From assembly GCA_002633005.1 (NCBI GenBank), contig NMRA01000394.1, forward strand, positions 62,001-126,000: DNA of 64,000 bases. Reading direction: 5' to 3'. A program made the translations under genes and the position numbers. The notes under the pieces are model-generated. The model saw only the letters and a list, made by a program, of their open reading frames with translations. It had not been told where the DNA came from and did no database searches. How positions within the stretch are numbered: position 1 is the first letter of the stretch; each line of letters begins with the position of its first letter. Source of the stretch: Phoronis australis (Eukaryota > Animalia > Phoronida). Of this stretch, positions 26,919-40,400 are shown in pieces.

Positions 26919-27100
26919 TTAAACGTTTAAATTCAATAGAAAACTATTATTGGCGTTTGCAGGGAAGTGATAATTTTAGAAGAAAATTGTCAAATTCTAT
27001 GCGGGGATTTTTTCGGTTTGAATTAATCGATTGAAAATCTTTAACATAATCAAGTTTCAGTTATTATGAGTAGTGGTTGCGAGTTGGGAATGCTACAATC
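26919..27100 (+). mobile_element. L1/Tx1-like LINE relic, right part
   Basis: Removing the Sola3-like element and one TTAA rejoins aattggattaa+acgtttaaattc = N-W-I-K-R-L-N-S, the WIKRL-type motif found downstream of L1/Tx1 RT. Confidence 0.5.
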
Positions 27101-28531
27101 CCTTATTTCAGAGTCTTGGTAAGGACGTGAGAATAGGATTCATCTCAACTTAGAAGTGCATCGGCAGCCAAAACCACGTAATAACTGTAGTGGCACTCCT
27201 TAGACCACAAGGGAAAAATTTGATTGTTACATATTATTTTGGCATTAATTCAATCTACTCTCTGTCACCATTTAAAGCTTCTCCATTGCTTTTTAGGTTC
27301 ATTTCCTCTTTTTGCTAAAAACTCAGGAATTAGTCACGGCTACGGCGAGTGCTGGCAGCCCCACGGCATTACTGGGTGAGGCTACATTGAAAATTTGGCA
27401 ATGAGCCCTAAACAGCTTGTGTCCCAAACGTCCAACTACATGTATTTCCATACACATTTTAGCCCCTTTCCTTAGGTCTCTGTAGTGAAAATAAGATGAG
27501 GAACTGGAAACAAATGAAAGTGTATGAAGTCTGAAGAACTTGCTATTTTAAGGTAGCATTGAACAGCTAGGCTGCGCCCACGGGCATTTTGTACCTGAAA
27601 TTAAAAAAGTGTGTGCGTCAGGTTTGGCGGCTGATTTGAGGAATGCGTTCAAAATAATTTCAAGGAAACTGATTTGCTTGTGCCTTTAAATTAGAAAACC
27701 CAAATTTTTAGCCGTGACCTACTTTTGATTTATAATGGCTGCAGCAGTGTGCTGTCTACCCTTGTCGCCTGCTTTCCGAGAAACCGGATAAGATTTAAGG
27801 TGGTTGTCAAACAGTTCAGTTCTTAATTGCCAAGCAGAGCAGCTGGTAAGGAGCGTACTATAGGGAGGTTTTTTACATTTCTCCAGGCTTACCCCTGAAT
27901 CTAGATTCCCATATACCCGAAGACATGGTCAGCATGCTGTCTTATTCCAGGCGACATAAAGTGTAGAATGTGTCAATGTACTATAACAGTGCTGTGGTAC
28001 AACTTTTCCTTGTAAACATACTGGTACCGGACCGGTGATGGTTTTGTACGGTTTTATACCAATTGCACCGGCTTCCAGGTACCGGTCTATTACCAATTCA
28101 GGGCGTGTAATCCGGTACTGGCTTCGTGATAGACTGCCAATACTGGTAGAAGCTTTGTATCAGTTTGTACCGCTTGATAAAGTACCGGGCCTAACAGTGC
28201 CAATCCATTGTTACCACGGTACCGAAAAGCCAGTACGGGTATTGTGACGGGTTGCCCGTACTGAACTGGTGCCAGTTTTGTATTGAATTACCGACACAGA
28301 TCACCAGGACACAAACTTCTACTTTGACGAATCCTTGCCTGAAGTTAATCTGCATGTAACTTGGATTTTTTCTTTTAATGCCCATTCAACACAATACTGT
28401 AACAAACTACGATTTAAAATGGTCGAAATGTGCTTAAATGATATCTTTTAGTGAAGAATTGCAACCTGTTATTGGACTTACATTTCAATTGAGCGAGTGG
28501 GTCCTCATCACGAGTACTTTTGATAGCTAAA

Positions 28532-28581
28532 GCCGTGGTGGCGTTCGGCTGATGACGTAGTCAACCGAAAGCCACCACGGC
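28532..28581. repeat. 50-bp near-perfect palindrome (mini-MITE-like)
   Basis: gccgtggtggcgttcggctgatgacgtagtcaaccgaaagccaccacggc: 11-bp perfect outer stem, 4 mismatches inside, centred on acgt, aaa on both flanks. Confidence 0.85.
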
Positions 28582-31500
28582 AAAGTCCACGCATTTAGGA
28601 CCCAATGTCGTTCAGTTAAACGTAAGTCCAGCATTAGGTTTAAATTATTATCTATATTTATCAACTGGATGTCTAATATTCTCCCATTTATATGTTTCAG
28701 GGAGTTCTGAAACACAATGTTCAGCTTGTACGTTTGCGTACAACCAGAATTTTTTAAATCAAATAAGTGCAATTGAATGATCACTATCAACAATGTATTT
28801 GAAATCATATTGAGACTATTTTTGACAATCTGAAGTAAGCAAACAATTGACAATGGTCCGAGGTAGTTGTTACAACCAATTCACTGATTAACTGTGGAAT
28901 AAAACTCGCACCTTTTTCGATACTGTAGATGATCTCCGGAAACAGGTTGAAACATTGAAATTTGCCTTAAAGACACATAGAGTTCCATCTCTGATAATCA
29001 ATATTTTGGCACAGTATTGAGACCAGCTGTTTTGATTAATCTTTACCAAGAAAAATTAGCAATTACACGTAACACCGTGGATCAAAAATATATATATTTG
29101 GGTGACTCATCTGTAACAGTCACCGATGCTTACTGCCCGACTTGCTATATTACTAATGGAAGTTTGTGATTTTTTTCTGCTTACATGTAGCGCTGTGTGG
29201 GACTCTTAACTATATCAGGTTACAGTTTGCAAAAACTCATTGTCCATGACTTTCAGAAAATTAATACATAATTCATTTCGAAGTCCGTAAAGTTTATATT
29301 GCCTCTTCATTATCTTTGTAGCTTACATCAACAACACTGTAGACGTTTCTCCTTTGCACATGCTTCTCTCACAGTTGCAATGTACCTGTACATGACTGGA
29401 AACCTTTTGGTGCGGCAGCCAGCATTTCTACACATTCAGATTTCTGGACTGAGCTGCTGCTTTTGATACAAGTACATGATTTATGAGAAAACGTTAAGTT
29501 TAAAGAGTGGTTTAAAAAACAATTTTACACACTATTACTGGCGATTTTAAATCCAATGATAATATACACGTGCTCCCAAAATCAAAACTATAGAGCGACA
29601 GTATCACATCAGGAAAGCAATAAGTCTGAGCGATGATTCCAATGTCACATTCGTTTTGTAAAATGCTGCAAATGACTTTGACCTTACACTTAACTACTTG
29701 TATAAGACCTTATATTTGGGAGAGTTACAATGTTTAATATTCCCAGTAAACATATTATTTTGACTAAATGACTATGTTTATTGGAGTTTGTGAAACCTGA
29801 AAATGACGCATTGCCTGTGACTTGAGTCGGAACCTGAAATGCCATTTGTAACGGAAATGGAATCTTATTTTTATCAGGATCATTATAAGATTAATTGTAT
29901 GAAAGTAAAAGGCCTCATTCGGTTTTTGTTCCTTAGTCAGCTCAACATGATGAAAGGCAGCTTTAAGCAAAATAGGTCAATAGCAGTCACTAATTCAAAA
30001 CACGTGGCAATCCGTTCAAAAAGCTTGGCGACGAGAACAGTGCCAGTTCAAGTTGAAAAACACAAATTCTGCTTTATGACAAACAATATACCTGACACGC
30101 ATTCAAAGCTCGAAAGTCTTTCCACATGACAACAATCTTTGCACCCTGCCGTTTCAAGCTGAGTTTGAACGTGTGGTGAATTTTCTTGCCACACCTGCGG
30201 AAACTGGATGCTTCCTTTAAGCAACGTCAACTGAGGCAAGTGTCCTTGTTGACATTTCAGTGTTGTTCTGTCAGTCGGTGCAAAAAGTCGTCGATATGGA
30301 TAAACAGGACGCGCAGCCATAGTGGCTCAGTCAGTGTTTTTCTACTTTAAATGTTAAACACACTCGCTGTTCCTTCCTGTATTAATCGACCCTCACATTG
30401 TTACGTACCTCATGTTTTCCTTGCTTCCGTAAATGTCTTCAGATTCTGCTAATCATAGGGCAGATAACTTTCAAATGTCATCTGCACAAAAAGAAACGTG
30501 ACTCGTAAATTGGTCAATTTTGAATAGCTGCTCTACACAGTGGTAAGAAAGGCCACCTTTTTACACAAAAGTATTTAAAATTGTAGCAACACTCACAGTA
30601 CAGGCGTCTCAACTGTCCTGGCCATCTAATGTCTATGCTCTTCAGAGGCTCGCTAACTGGGTTCAAGGGAAAAAGATCAACTTTTCTAGAGGCCTTCGAA
30701 TTTCCGTCCATTAGTCCTAACCATCAAATACAACTTCAGAATCACATATGTGAGGTTTAGTTAATTAAAGGGTAGTCTCAAATTTAGCCGAATTACAGAC
30801 CAGAGCCAACCATGTCTTTTTTACCTGACCACGCCAGGTTGAAATGTGGTCAGCTTGTCACGATCTCGAATTATGGTAGCTCGCCCCTCCGCGTACTTTG
30901 CCTCTAATATTGGTATTTTTACCTGTTGTACGCGTTCTAGCGGTGATGACGAGCATTCGCATTGGTTGATGTGAATGGACCAGGTCAATCGACAATCCTT
31001 TGCCGTGAATATTGCCGATTGAATTAGGAAAATATAGAGGTCCTAATGGTACTTGCTGTCACTGTACTCTTGTCAGTCCTCGCAACTTCAGAAAACGAAA
31101 GCATCCAACATTCATGCCAACTGATTTCATATTTTGTTAAAAATTTTGCACGCTGTATGGAGATCATTGTGTATGTATTGATTTACTTACCACAGGGACA
31201 AATTTTCTGCGTTTCCGTTTGAAATTTGTTTTAACAAACAACACGTAAAATGCACATTCGGAAACACAGCGAAGAATTGCAAAAAGCTGTTCTTAGAGTG
31301 AAAGGAAACTCGAATACTTCCCCGCAAGCACAACGAAACAATAAGGAATTGACTCAATTACATTGTTATGCCTGGGGCCAAATTCACTAGTAACTTGTTT
31401 TATTCTACCATAGATATCACTTAATTCCAACAGATTTCGTCCGAGGACATGACTAAGGAATAAATACTAACCGTCCCATGGAACTCTTTTCCGTCTTGCT

Positions 31501-31599
31501 CCAGTTATGGAGTTGACCGTGTTTTTTTTTAATGAATAGAGAAATGTTAATTTTATTGCTTTAATAGTTTTAGGTGTTAAGAAGGAAGATTTTAAGATC

Positions 31600-32990
31600 C
31601 TAGACATTCTGACGGTAGCAGTTGATGGACTCGTGAAGGCACAGCATGCACAACGCGAGTTACGGATAAAGTTGGATGAAAGTAGCGAAGAAGGAGGCTG
31701 CGTGCCGAACTTTGCATTGCTTCGATAGATGAGATTCAAGAACTAGACGAGAAAGTCAACAGTATGCCTTGCTCACAACAATGATGATTTGTGTTTGTCC
31801 AGTATATACATGCACTTTACCCGTTCAGGTTCACGCCCATGACGTTTAAATCAAACAAGTCAAAGAACTCAAGGAGTGGGCGTTAAACCAAAAGCAAAAA
31901 AACGTGGGCGCTTGAAAGAGAACTTTCTTGAAATTCGGTGATGGGCGTTTACCCGAAAACTTACGGTATATAAAGATATAGAACTATCGTAACTCCACTT
32001 GCAGTGGTATGTCAGGAAGTCCTGTATATCACTTTTGCACTAGTTTACATGTATCTGTGTTTAAATGGACACCATTTCCACTTCTGGAGAGTTGAGCAAA
32101 AACAGGTTTGCAACAGTTACAGCATCTGAATAAGTCCACAAACATGGCAAAAACAACACACCGTCCTCAAAACGTCTTCATTGTGTTATTGATCAGATTT
32201 TTCGGATTTCCTTCGGCCAGGCCGTTTGTAACGCTCACCGATTTGTAAAGATTTCTCAAACGCGTCGAAGAGTGGCACAGGTTATTAATTTGTTTCAAAA
32301 GTTTATGAAATCTATAGTACTGTTAAATTTCTTTTAAAGGGCTTAATCCTCCAAAAACAGATATAGTTTCCCTTTAATTAAACACATAACAGAAGTTATG
32401 ACGTCGCTCCTGAGATGAGATCGCGATTCCATGGGGAAAATCAGTTGGCCATGAATCACCTCACCTACAATGTAGACTTACGTTTGTGGCTTTGACACAA
32501 TTCCAAAAACACTGTTTAGTCACAATTAATCAATGAGCTTTGTATAATAAATGATGAGCAGCAGTTTGAAGCTCCGAGTTTTGTGTTTTATGTGATGACC
32601 CTAAAATCTGCGCTAAAATTAATTGCAGGCAGGCAGCTAACAGTTTTGAATGGTGTAAAATAGGCTTTGAGACATTTTTAGTTTACGAGGCTTGCTGAGA
32701 GAAAACCAGAACTGTCAATGACAAAGCAGAACCTTACGTAGGTGACTGTAAAAGCTAGGCTTTTTCCGCAAAACTCGCTCTCTGTGATTGTGGGCATTAC
32801 TGTGCAAGGGACGATAAGACGAATCATGAGTCAAATATTGGCTAATGACCTAGTTATGGAATTTAGTTGGGCAGTGCCATGTCGTTTGTTAAAAATCACC
32901 TTACTTCAAAGAATTGTATTACACGTGTTTGCGGTGGACTATCCGATCGCAGAAACTACTGCCGTTTTTGGTCCCTGGTACCCTTGTGTG
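31600..32990 (+). pseudogene. DUF4806-like transposon accessory gene fragments
   Basis: LVKAQHAQRELRIKLDE..NFAL/SIDEIQELDEKVN (about 31630-31760) and LSVIVGITVQGTIRRIMSQILANDLVMEFSWA (about 32778-32873) resemble the LP..E..L and GG....VRR.L..+.N.LA..+NW.G patterns of DUF4806. Confidence 0.5.
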
Positions 32991-33230
32991 TAATTAACAA
33001 CCTACCTCAGCATATCTAAAAATCCTCAACTGTTCTTTAAACAAACCGGCGCGCCAGTTCATGAAACAGCGTCCGTGTCCGACTGCCATCTAGCAGTTGA
33101 ATCTGGTGCCGTCTGTCCTTTCGGCATCAGTAATATCAATTATCTTTGAATAGACCACTCACTGTTATAAAAGAAATCTGAAATTGTCCCGTATCGACAT
33201 TAGAATAGATCCCTAAGCTTTAGAAGAACT

Positions 33231-33272
33231 GAGAGAGAGAGAGAGAGGGAGAGAGAGAGAGAGAGAGAGAGN
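33231..33272. repeat. (GA)n microsatellite ending at assembly gap (N at 33272)
   Basis: Directly visible. Confidence 0.95.
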
Positions 33273-35928
33273 ATATCTCAGCACCATATAACAATATAGG
33301 AGCTACCATACTATCAAACAATTTAAAACATACATGCGGGGATTTACAATTCACTTTGGTTAAACATGCTTTTAACATGTTCATTGCTTTTCTAGCTTGT
33401 AAAGCTGATATTCTACAATTTTCATTCCATTTTAATCTGCAAGAAAATGTCACACCAAGGTACTTGTAATAAGATTTCGTTTCTACCGATTTCTTATTGT
33501 AGAACCACCGTTCCTGTGCCGACAGAGTCCCACCTCGCTTGAAGACAACAATATTTGTCTTATCAAGATTAACACAAAGACTCCAATCCACACAGTAGTT
33601 GTGCAATACATTTAATTTCCTCTGGAGACCAGGCACTGTGTCCGCCACAAGCACCAAATCGTCCGCAAACAATAACGAACTTAATTCACAATCATCACAC
33701 TTGATACCTCGTCCTCCATTTTCTTTGACCTCTGACACCAGTCCGCTAACAAAAACAGAGAATAACCAAGGACTCAGTATACACCCTTGTTTCACACCTC
33801 TCGTACAATCAAAATAGGGTGTGATTTGACTCTGTATTCTCACGCACGATTTCACTTCAGCATAAATATTCCTCAGGAGATTAAACATTTTCCCGTGGAG
33901 ATTATTTTTTAACAAACAATAAAACAGACGTGTAGTTTCTAGGCTGTCAAACGCCTTGCTAAACTCCACAAAGGCACAGTACATTTTTCCACCTCTTTTG
34001 ATAAATTTATGTGAGCCAAACAAAAATGTTATCCACGGTGGAATAACCCGCCCTATATCCGGCTTGTTCCTCAGGGATACATTGCATTGCATCCGACCAC
34101 TCAATCAGCCTTCTGTTTAATATTGATGTAAACAGCTTGCTTATGCTACCAATTAAAGAAATTCCCCTGTAATTATTTGGGTTATTTTTGTCTCCTTTCT
34201 TGTAGATTGGAACGATTATACTCTTTCTCCAGTTCTCCGGAAATTTTCCTGTCGCCAGTACCTTGTTGAATAGTTTGCATAATACTTCAAGGATGTCACC
34301 AGTCAGTGCTTTGAAGAGTTCGTTTGGAATACCATCTTCTCCAGGGCTTTTGTTGCTTTTAAGTTCTTTTATTTCCTGACTGATTTCGGACATGTCAATT
34401 TCTTTATTAACTTGTACCAGGATTTCATCACCAGGTGTGTTGGCACAGTCATTGTAGCTTTCGTCGTGCTCTCGCATTTCGTCCAGCAAATTATTAGGGA
34501 ATTCCCTGTTTTCCCGTACAGGCTCAGTGTTCAAGAGTTTTTCAAAATAGTTATACCATTCGTTCGACGAAATATCCGCTTGCTGAATATTGTTCGGATT
34601 TATGATTGACTTCACGTTTGCCCAGAATATTCTTGGATCTCTCACTGAATCACATAATTTCTTTTCCATTTGTTCGTTATAATTCTTTTTTTCACGACAG
34701 GTTTCCTTAAATTCGTATCAATATAATTACGTAGTGTATCCACACACTTTGTGGATCTGAAAAGTTTCAATAAATTTTGTTTTTCTATTTTTTTTTGCTC
34801 GCAAACGTTGTCGAACCACCTTGGTTGCTGCCTGTTCACTGCGGGTTTATTGCTTATTTTCATGTCTGCGCCGCAAGCGTGAAATAATTCATTTATTAAT
34901 TTAACAGCTTTGTTAATATCCATATGGATGGGTGAAGATATTTGGGATAATTTCTCGTGGTGTCAACGCTGCCCAGTCTATCCCTAAAACTTGAAGAGTT
35001 GTGTGGATGCCACTTGAGTCGGTGCAATGGGGTTGTTCTGACACTAGTGTTCGATCCGTCTGTATCAGCTTCCGTATGTTCTAGATAACGTAGAGTACAC
35101 ATGCTAGGGAAATGGTCTGACTGGTCGTAGTTTAATACTTCAAAGTCATTAATATATTCGAACAGAGATGCCTCGGCAATAACATAGTCAATAGTGCTGC
35201 ATCCTCGAGTGGAGACGAACGAATAGTTTCCTTCTCTGTCTGAGGGGCATCTACCGTTAACTATGTGCGTACCATATACTGCACAAAATTTGGCAAGTTC
35301 TTTGCCAAAGTAATTACATTTCGCATATTGGTTGTTTCTTGGTTTTTCAAAATTATTTTGAACATAACAACAATCGCTATTGGCAAGGACATTGATATGC
35401 GTGATCGTCATCTGCGATGTAGTCTCTGAGTGTAGCTGTCCTTGAATTAAATTGACCTGTCAAAATAACCCGTGAGTGGTTAAATTTCCCATTACTCTTT
35501 AAGCAGGTAAAGTCATCCTCGAGACGATCAACACCGCAGTCAGAAATGTCGTGGCTGTAGTATGCTGACCCTTCGGGAGGGAGATAAATAAAACCTATTA
35601 TTACATCTGGCTTGTCTGAGCCAGCAAACAAATCTTTCAGATGCAAATATACCCTGTCTTTCAAACTCTCACAGATGCGAGTTATTTTGGTCCTTAAATT
35701 GTTCTTTACCATTACTGTCACTCCACCAGATACTTTGCCGTTATGTATGTTTCGTACTGATGTCAACGTGGAACAATTTTCTAAGAGATCACCAAATTCA
35801 TGCTCTGCTCTTTCGTGTGATTCAATGAATCCTATGAGGTCGTAGTTTCTCATTATTTTTTTAATTTCTCCTTTATTTTGTCGTAGCTTACTTTCTAGCC
35901 CCCCTATGTTTCATGATCCTATTTTCAT
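33273..35928 (-). pseudogene. LINE ORF2 (APE endonuclease + reverse transcriptase), frameshifted
   Basis: Pieces in track ORFs 35377-35853, 34896-35411, 34642-34923, 34007-34669 and 33220-34104 are collinear with an EN-RT polyprotein; catalytic FADD is present. Confidence 0.9.
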
Positions 35929-36485
35929 TTCTCTTGTCATTGTTTGCTTTGACTGTCGTCCTTTTCATTTGTATCCGTTCTATCTCTGAAGATATATCTA
36001 TCCTCGTTGCAGACAACTTTGTCTATATGATCGTCATACAGGTATATTTTCCTGTTGTGATAAAGCTTATCGAATTTATTGTGGCTTCTATGAAATTGTT
36101 GTCTCTTGAGAACTGATAACTTTGATCTAGCGATACGAACTTTCTTGCTGAAGTCTTCAGCCACCGAGTATTGAGTTTCACTTCTTAATTTTCTTTCGCC
36201 TTTTAAGATCTGCATCTTGTCCTTGAACGAACTCAACTTTGCGATGATTGGTTGAGGTTTGCTAGGGTTCTTGCGACCAATCCTATGGGCCCGCTCAACC
36301 TTTACCTCTGATATGTCAAGGTGCTTATTGACTAGTTCCTTTACTGCAGTTTCCGCTTCTTCCCATGCCGTGAAAAATTAGGTTGTCCCGTCTAGACCTA
36401 TTCTCTAAATCATCCACCTTGCTTTCCAAGTGCGCCACCTGTTGTCTCAAACCGACATTTTCCTGCTTCATTTCCTTGCTTGACG
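33273..36485 (-). mobile_element. Non-LTR retrotransposon (LINE, probably RTE-X-like), decayed; 3' end lost at gap
   Basis: ORF1 (about 36485-35937): VDDLENRSRRDNLIFHG, VERAHRIG..PQPIIAKLSSFKDK..SVAEDFS. ORF2 from about 35928: MKIGS*NIGG, GFIYLPP, GQFNSRT, STIDYV, SDHFP (APE endonuclease); KSPGEDGI, NNYRGISL, EEQAGYR, GVKQGCILSP, LFADD, YKYLGV (RT); FKLFDSMVAPILLYGAEI. Several frameshifts and one stop. Confidence 0.92.
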
Positions 36486-37299
36486 ACTTAAGGATTCTAT
36501 TTTACAAGACAAATCTTCTCTCATTTTCTCAAATTTTGTATTCATTTGTTCTAGTAGTTCTCTATTCGATATATCAGGTGGGTTACTTTCAGGTTGAGTC
36601 ATATATGAAGGTAAGGTCCGGTCGCAGGTCCTGCATTAGGTGTGCCTTTACCGCCTGGCATGATTTGCTATTGTTACGTACCCAAATAAAGCGGGATTCC
36701 ACTACCAGGTAAGTATAACCCCAGCACTGGCCCTGTGCCGGCATAGTATTGGCTGTGTATCACTGTAATTTGTGTCTGAATTATGGTGGTCAGGTGCCGG
36801 TGGGGTGCCAACCCAGCACCGGACCGTTACTGATTCGCAGGAACTGCTCCGCTAGCATTTCACACGTGCCGGCATGGTGCTCCAGCACCAGATAGGTGGG
36901 AATAATGTGTGCAAACAGTGCTGGAAACTGTACCGTTTTGGTTCCCTGTTACGTCAACCAGATGGTGATGACCTGTTGCCATAATGTTAACTGGGGTCCT
37001 TTCATCAGGTGACACTACATGCCGGTCTAACACTCAACACATACTGCCACCCGGGGGACAGTAGAATGAATGTGGTGAGTACATGCATGTATATTACCAC
37101 ATCTGCAGATATTGTTGCCGAACAACAGTGTGAGCGTCGAACGCGTCAATACATGTACGTACACATGTAGATGGATGAACAATGTATTACAAAGGTAACT
37201 GAGGAATTGGGTAACCGAGACAATGTGGAATGATGAAAATCCTACTTGAGACAACGTAACCCGCCCTACCCCGCTCTGTCATTGAATCTTCTGATAACC

Positions 37300-37470
37300 A
37301 ACACAAGACGTTATACCACATAAATGTAATCAACCAGGTATGGTATCTGTAAGATGACACCATAAGGAGAAATGACTCATCTGGACAATTTTCAGGATGA
37401 GTGCAAATAGCAGCTGACTACTGGGAGTGGCGACTCTTATCGCCTCCTGACTTCACTATGAGGAACTTAT
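37300..37470 (+). mobile_element. Possible RTE-clade LINE 3' end relic
   Basis: IAADYWEWRLLS resembles the A.DR..WR motif at RTE ORF C-termini; short and degenerate. Confidence 0.3.
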
Positions 37471-40400
37471 TCGTGGAAAAGCGGAACAAGCTTAATTTCG
37501 GCCCTTTTGTTATGCATGTGACAAGAGCTGATGCGTTATTTGATAGCCTATATGAGCGAAAATCGTCACGACCTACCTTAACTCTAGCACTCTATTTGAA
37601 GACGGCTCTACTACTATTAGCAATACAACTGGTTACTAAAACTATTGTTACCAGTATAAATACTATTATAACCGATATCATTTTGATATCATTATTATTT
37701 TTCCAATCATTGTTCTCATAATTGGGATTCAATGAATCTTGAACCCATTAAGAATGTTACTTGCTGCATAATTAATAGCACGGTTTAATACACTTACTGA
37801 ATTATAAACATCGTCATCCATAGTATTTTTGACATTTTCCTTAAATAATGTATTCCTGAAAGTGTATAATCTGCATTGCATTACTTCATTGAGGAAATGA
37901 CATGATATTCGATGACGCGTTATTTTTAGTCTAAAACTAAAGCGAGCCTTAATGGGATTGGTTAAGCTTGGTGCAAAGCATGACAAATTGTGTCATTGAC
38001 AAAGGAGCAACACGTAATTTTAATGAATCTCGGTACGCTCTGCGATAATTTTACTAACTCACGCACGTTGTGCCTTTTCTCGACCGATTAGGGTTGAGCA
38101 ATTAAGACATCAACGTATTATCAATGACGAAAACAAACCTAGAAACAGATGCAAGTTCCCATAAGTCAGTTCACTACAAACTATGACTTACAAGTAAGGC
38201 TTCAGGGAAGTCAATAACACATTATTAATTAGAAATCCAACATGCAAACTCAAACTTAAGACTGGATTTTCTAAACTCAGGCTACATTGCTGAAGCCTCA
38301 GGCAAACTATATTAATATAAAGCGGACGGTACTGAAAATTTGGAGGCGTCCCTGCTATTGAGCAGAACCGAAATCTGCAGCATTGCACAGGTTCGGAACT
38401 GACTCCTAACCTTACTTTTAAATTTGATTGAACTTTTGTGTGTGTCATTAATTTGGGTTTGAGATACTGATGAATTGCACATGTATTTAAATTTTAAGTG
38501 AAATTTGAAAACTTTATTAAAGGCTCTCTCTTAGAAGAATTTATCGCTAATTTTGATCTACACAATTATAGAGTTCGACCGAGTGAAATAGATAGTTTCT
38601 TAAAGGCGACAGCATATTGATTTTACTAAATCCGGCGCGTAGGGCGGTTGTAAGGCAATCATTATCAAGTTTTTGATAGTGGAAGTAGATCAATTGAAAT
38701 TAGTGAAGAAAAAATCTTGTTCACGCGACGTGCTTCATCATGATGACACTGGGCCAAAACAACGAAAAAGTGAGACAGTGATAATAAACAAGAAAAACAG
38801 TAGTATTTGTCAAAGACGGAAATTGGTGCAAATTACATAAATCATTACTCTCGATGTTTTTTCAAAAAGACCAAAGAGGGGGCTGGCAAGTAACAGTTCC
38901 CGGGGTGGTGTTGTACATGTACATTAAACTGGTGTTGATCGGGGATGCAGGAACAGGTAAGTGACTGGAGTTTGAGGAGAGAATAACAGGTACTGACCTT
39001 GTGGAGAAGCTGGTTTGAAGCGGAGTTGAAAGTAGAGTCGACAGTTGAAAGACTTTAGATCGTATTTTTTGCTATTTTCCTACTACCACATATGTCAAAG
39101 ATATATTATTCAAGTGCACTAACTGAAATGTTTTCAATTTTTATCAGAAATGGTTGAATAAATTTGTTCACTAAACGCCAACTTCATCCTGTTGTAATAA
39201 AGAAATAAATAAGTGCCACAGAAATCCAAGCTCATGTTCCATTTTTCAATCGATCCACACTGAAAACAATACCTGGTATATACAACAGAAGAGCGAAAAC
39301 AGCACGTATCTTCTTGTCAGCTTGTCTCGTCCAACGCAACATCCGAAAGCGGAGTGCCGTCGACGTACTCATCAGTAAATTATATTTGCGTTGCCACGCC
39401 TTGCCAGAAGATCGTATTGCTCGCTAAACAGACAAGTCGAGTTCTACTGATTTATTGCAATTCTCTGCAACGTTATACAACGCACTTGATGCAACGCACA
39501 CTTTGGCAATTGCTGCTTTGATTACACGAGGCAAACCTAGACAACAACAGAACCGCAAAAAATATGTTGATGTCTTAGGACGTAGCACAAATGAAATTCG
39601 AAATCTGCATCAAAGTCAAACCAATGACATGTATTGAGAAGTCAGCCGGCCAAAATTTGAAGAATCGTCTGGCGCTGAACTCGTGGTCAAGGTTAATTTT
39701 ATTCTGGTTCAGTTTAGGGAAGTTTATTTGATAAGGGTCAAGCTCAAAGTGCTCAAAGGTTTCAGCGTCCCTCAGTGCCACACTGCCTTTGGACCGTTTC
39801 AAAATCACTTGTAACACCACGGGTATACCAGTTTCAAGTGTCTGGGAACAAATGATGAACACGGTGTTCCAAAATGTACACAAATTTCTGTACAACGCTG
39901 GGAGTTCAAATTCAGGTCTACGGATCAATGGTGCGCCTGGGCCTATTGTGGCTATATCTTGTTTTGAAAGTGGATACGTCCAGTTACATGGTAAACCCTC
40001 TTCATTGAAACGGTTTTATTCTACCAAATTCCAAGTCCAAGATGGTGGATAGTGTATACACGATTCCATTTAAAGATTAATTTGTATCGAGGGTAACTTA
40101 AATAGAGTATGAATTCTGAACCTTTGGTCCCGTGGCCGACCTGGCAAAAAGAAATTTCACCGGCAACATCGGTATCTTACAATGCTCTCAAGAATTGAGC
40201 ATAGGGACTTTTCAGAAGACACATGAATTTGTGAGCCCTGGGTATAACTACAAACTTTCTACAGCACAAGCGATATCTTTCGAAACATAGTCCTATTGCT
40301 TGTAATAGACCTTACTCTTCCGGCTTTTACAAGGGAAATGTACCTGAATTGGCCAGTTCACTCTACAAAGTGTGCTGTATACGTAGTGAAATAGCGAAGA

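Larger units (their letters stand above)
28008..36995. mobile_element. Putative large EnSpm/CACTA-like element (spans an assembly gap; contains a LINE insertion)
   Basis: Both ends have GTACCG/GCACCG-rich subterminal repeat blocks (28020-28280, 36700-36950). Degenerate TIR ccttgtaaacatactgg vs revcomp cccagttaacattatgg. DUF4806-like coding fragments inside. Confidence 0.4.

Noticed and set aside
28532-28581. Hammerhead ribozyme (contains CTGATGA and GAAA closed by a stem)
   Set aside because: Stem I is absent, stem II does not pair and the NUH site is not positioned correctly; the motifs arise from decay of a palindrome.
33220-33272. SLSLSL C-terminus of the 294-aa RT ORF
   Set aside because: Translation through an N gap into a (CT)n microsatellite; not part of the protein.
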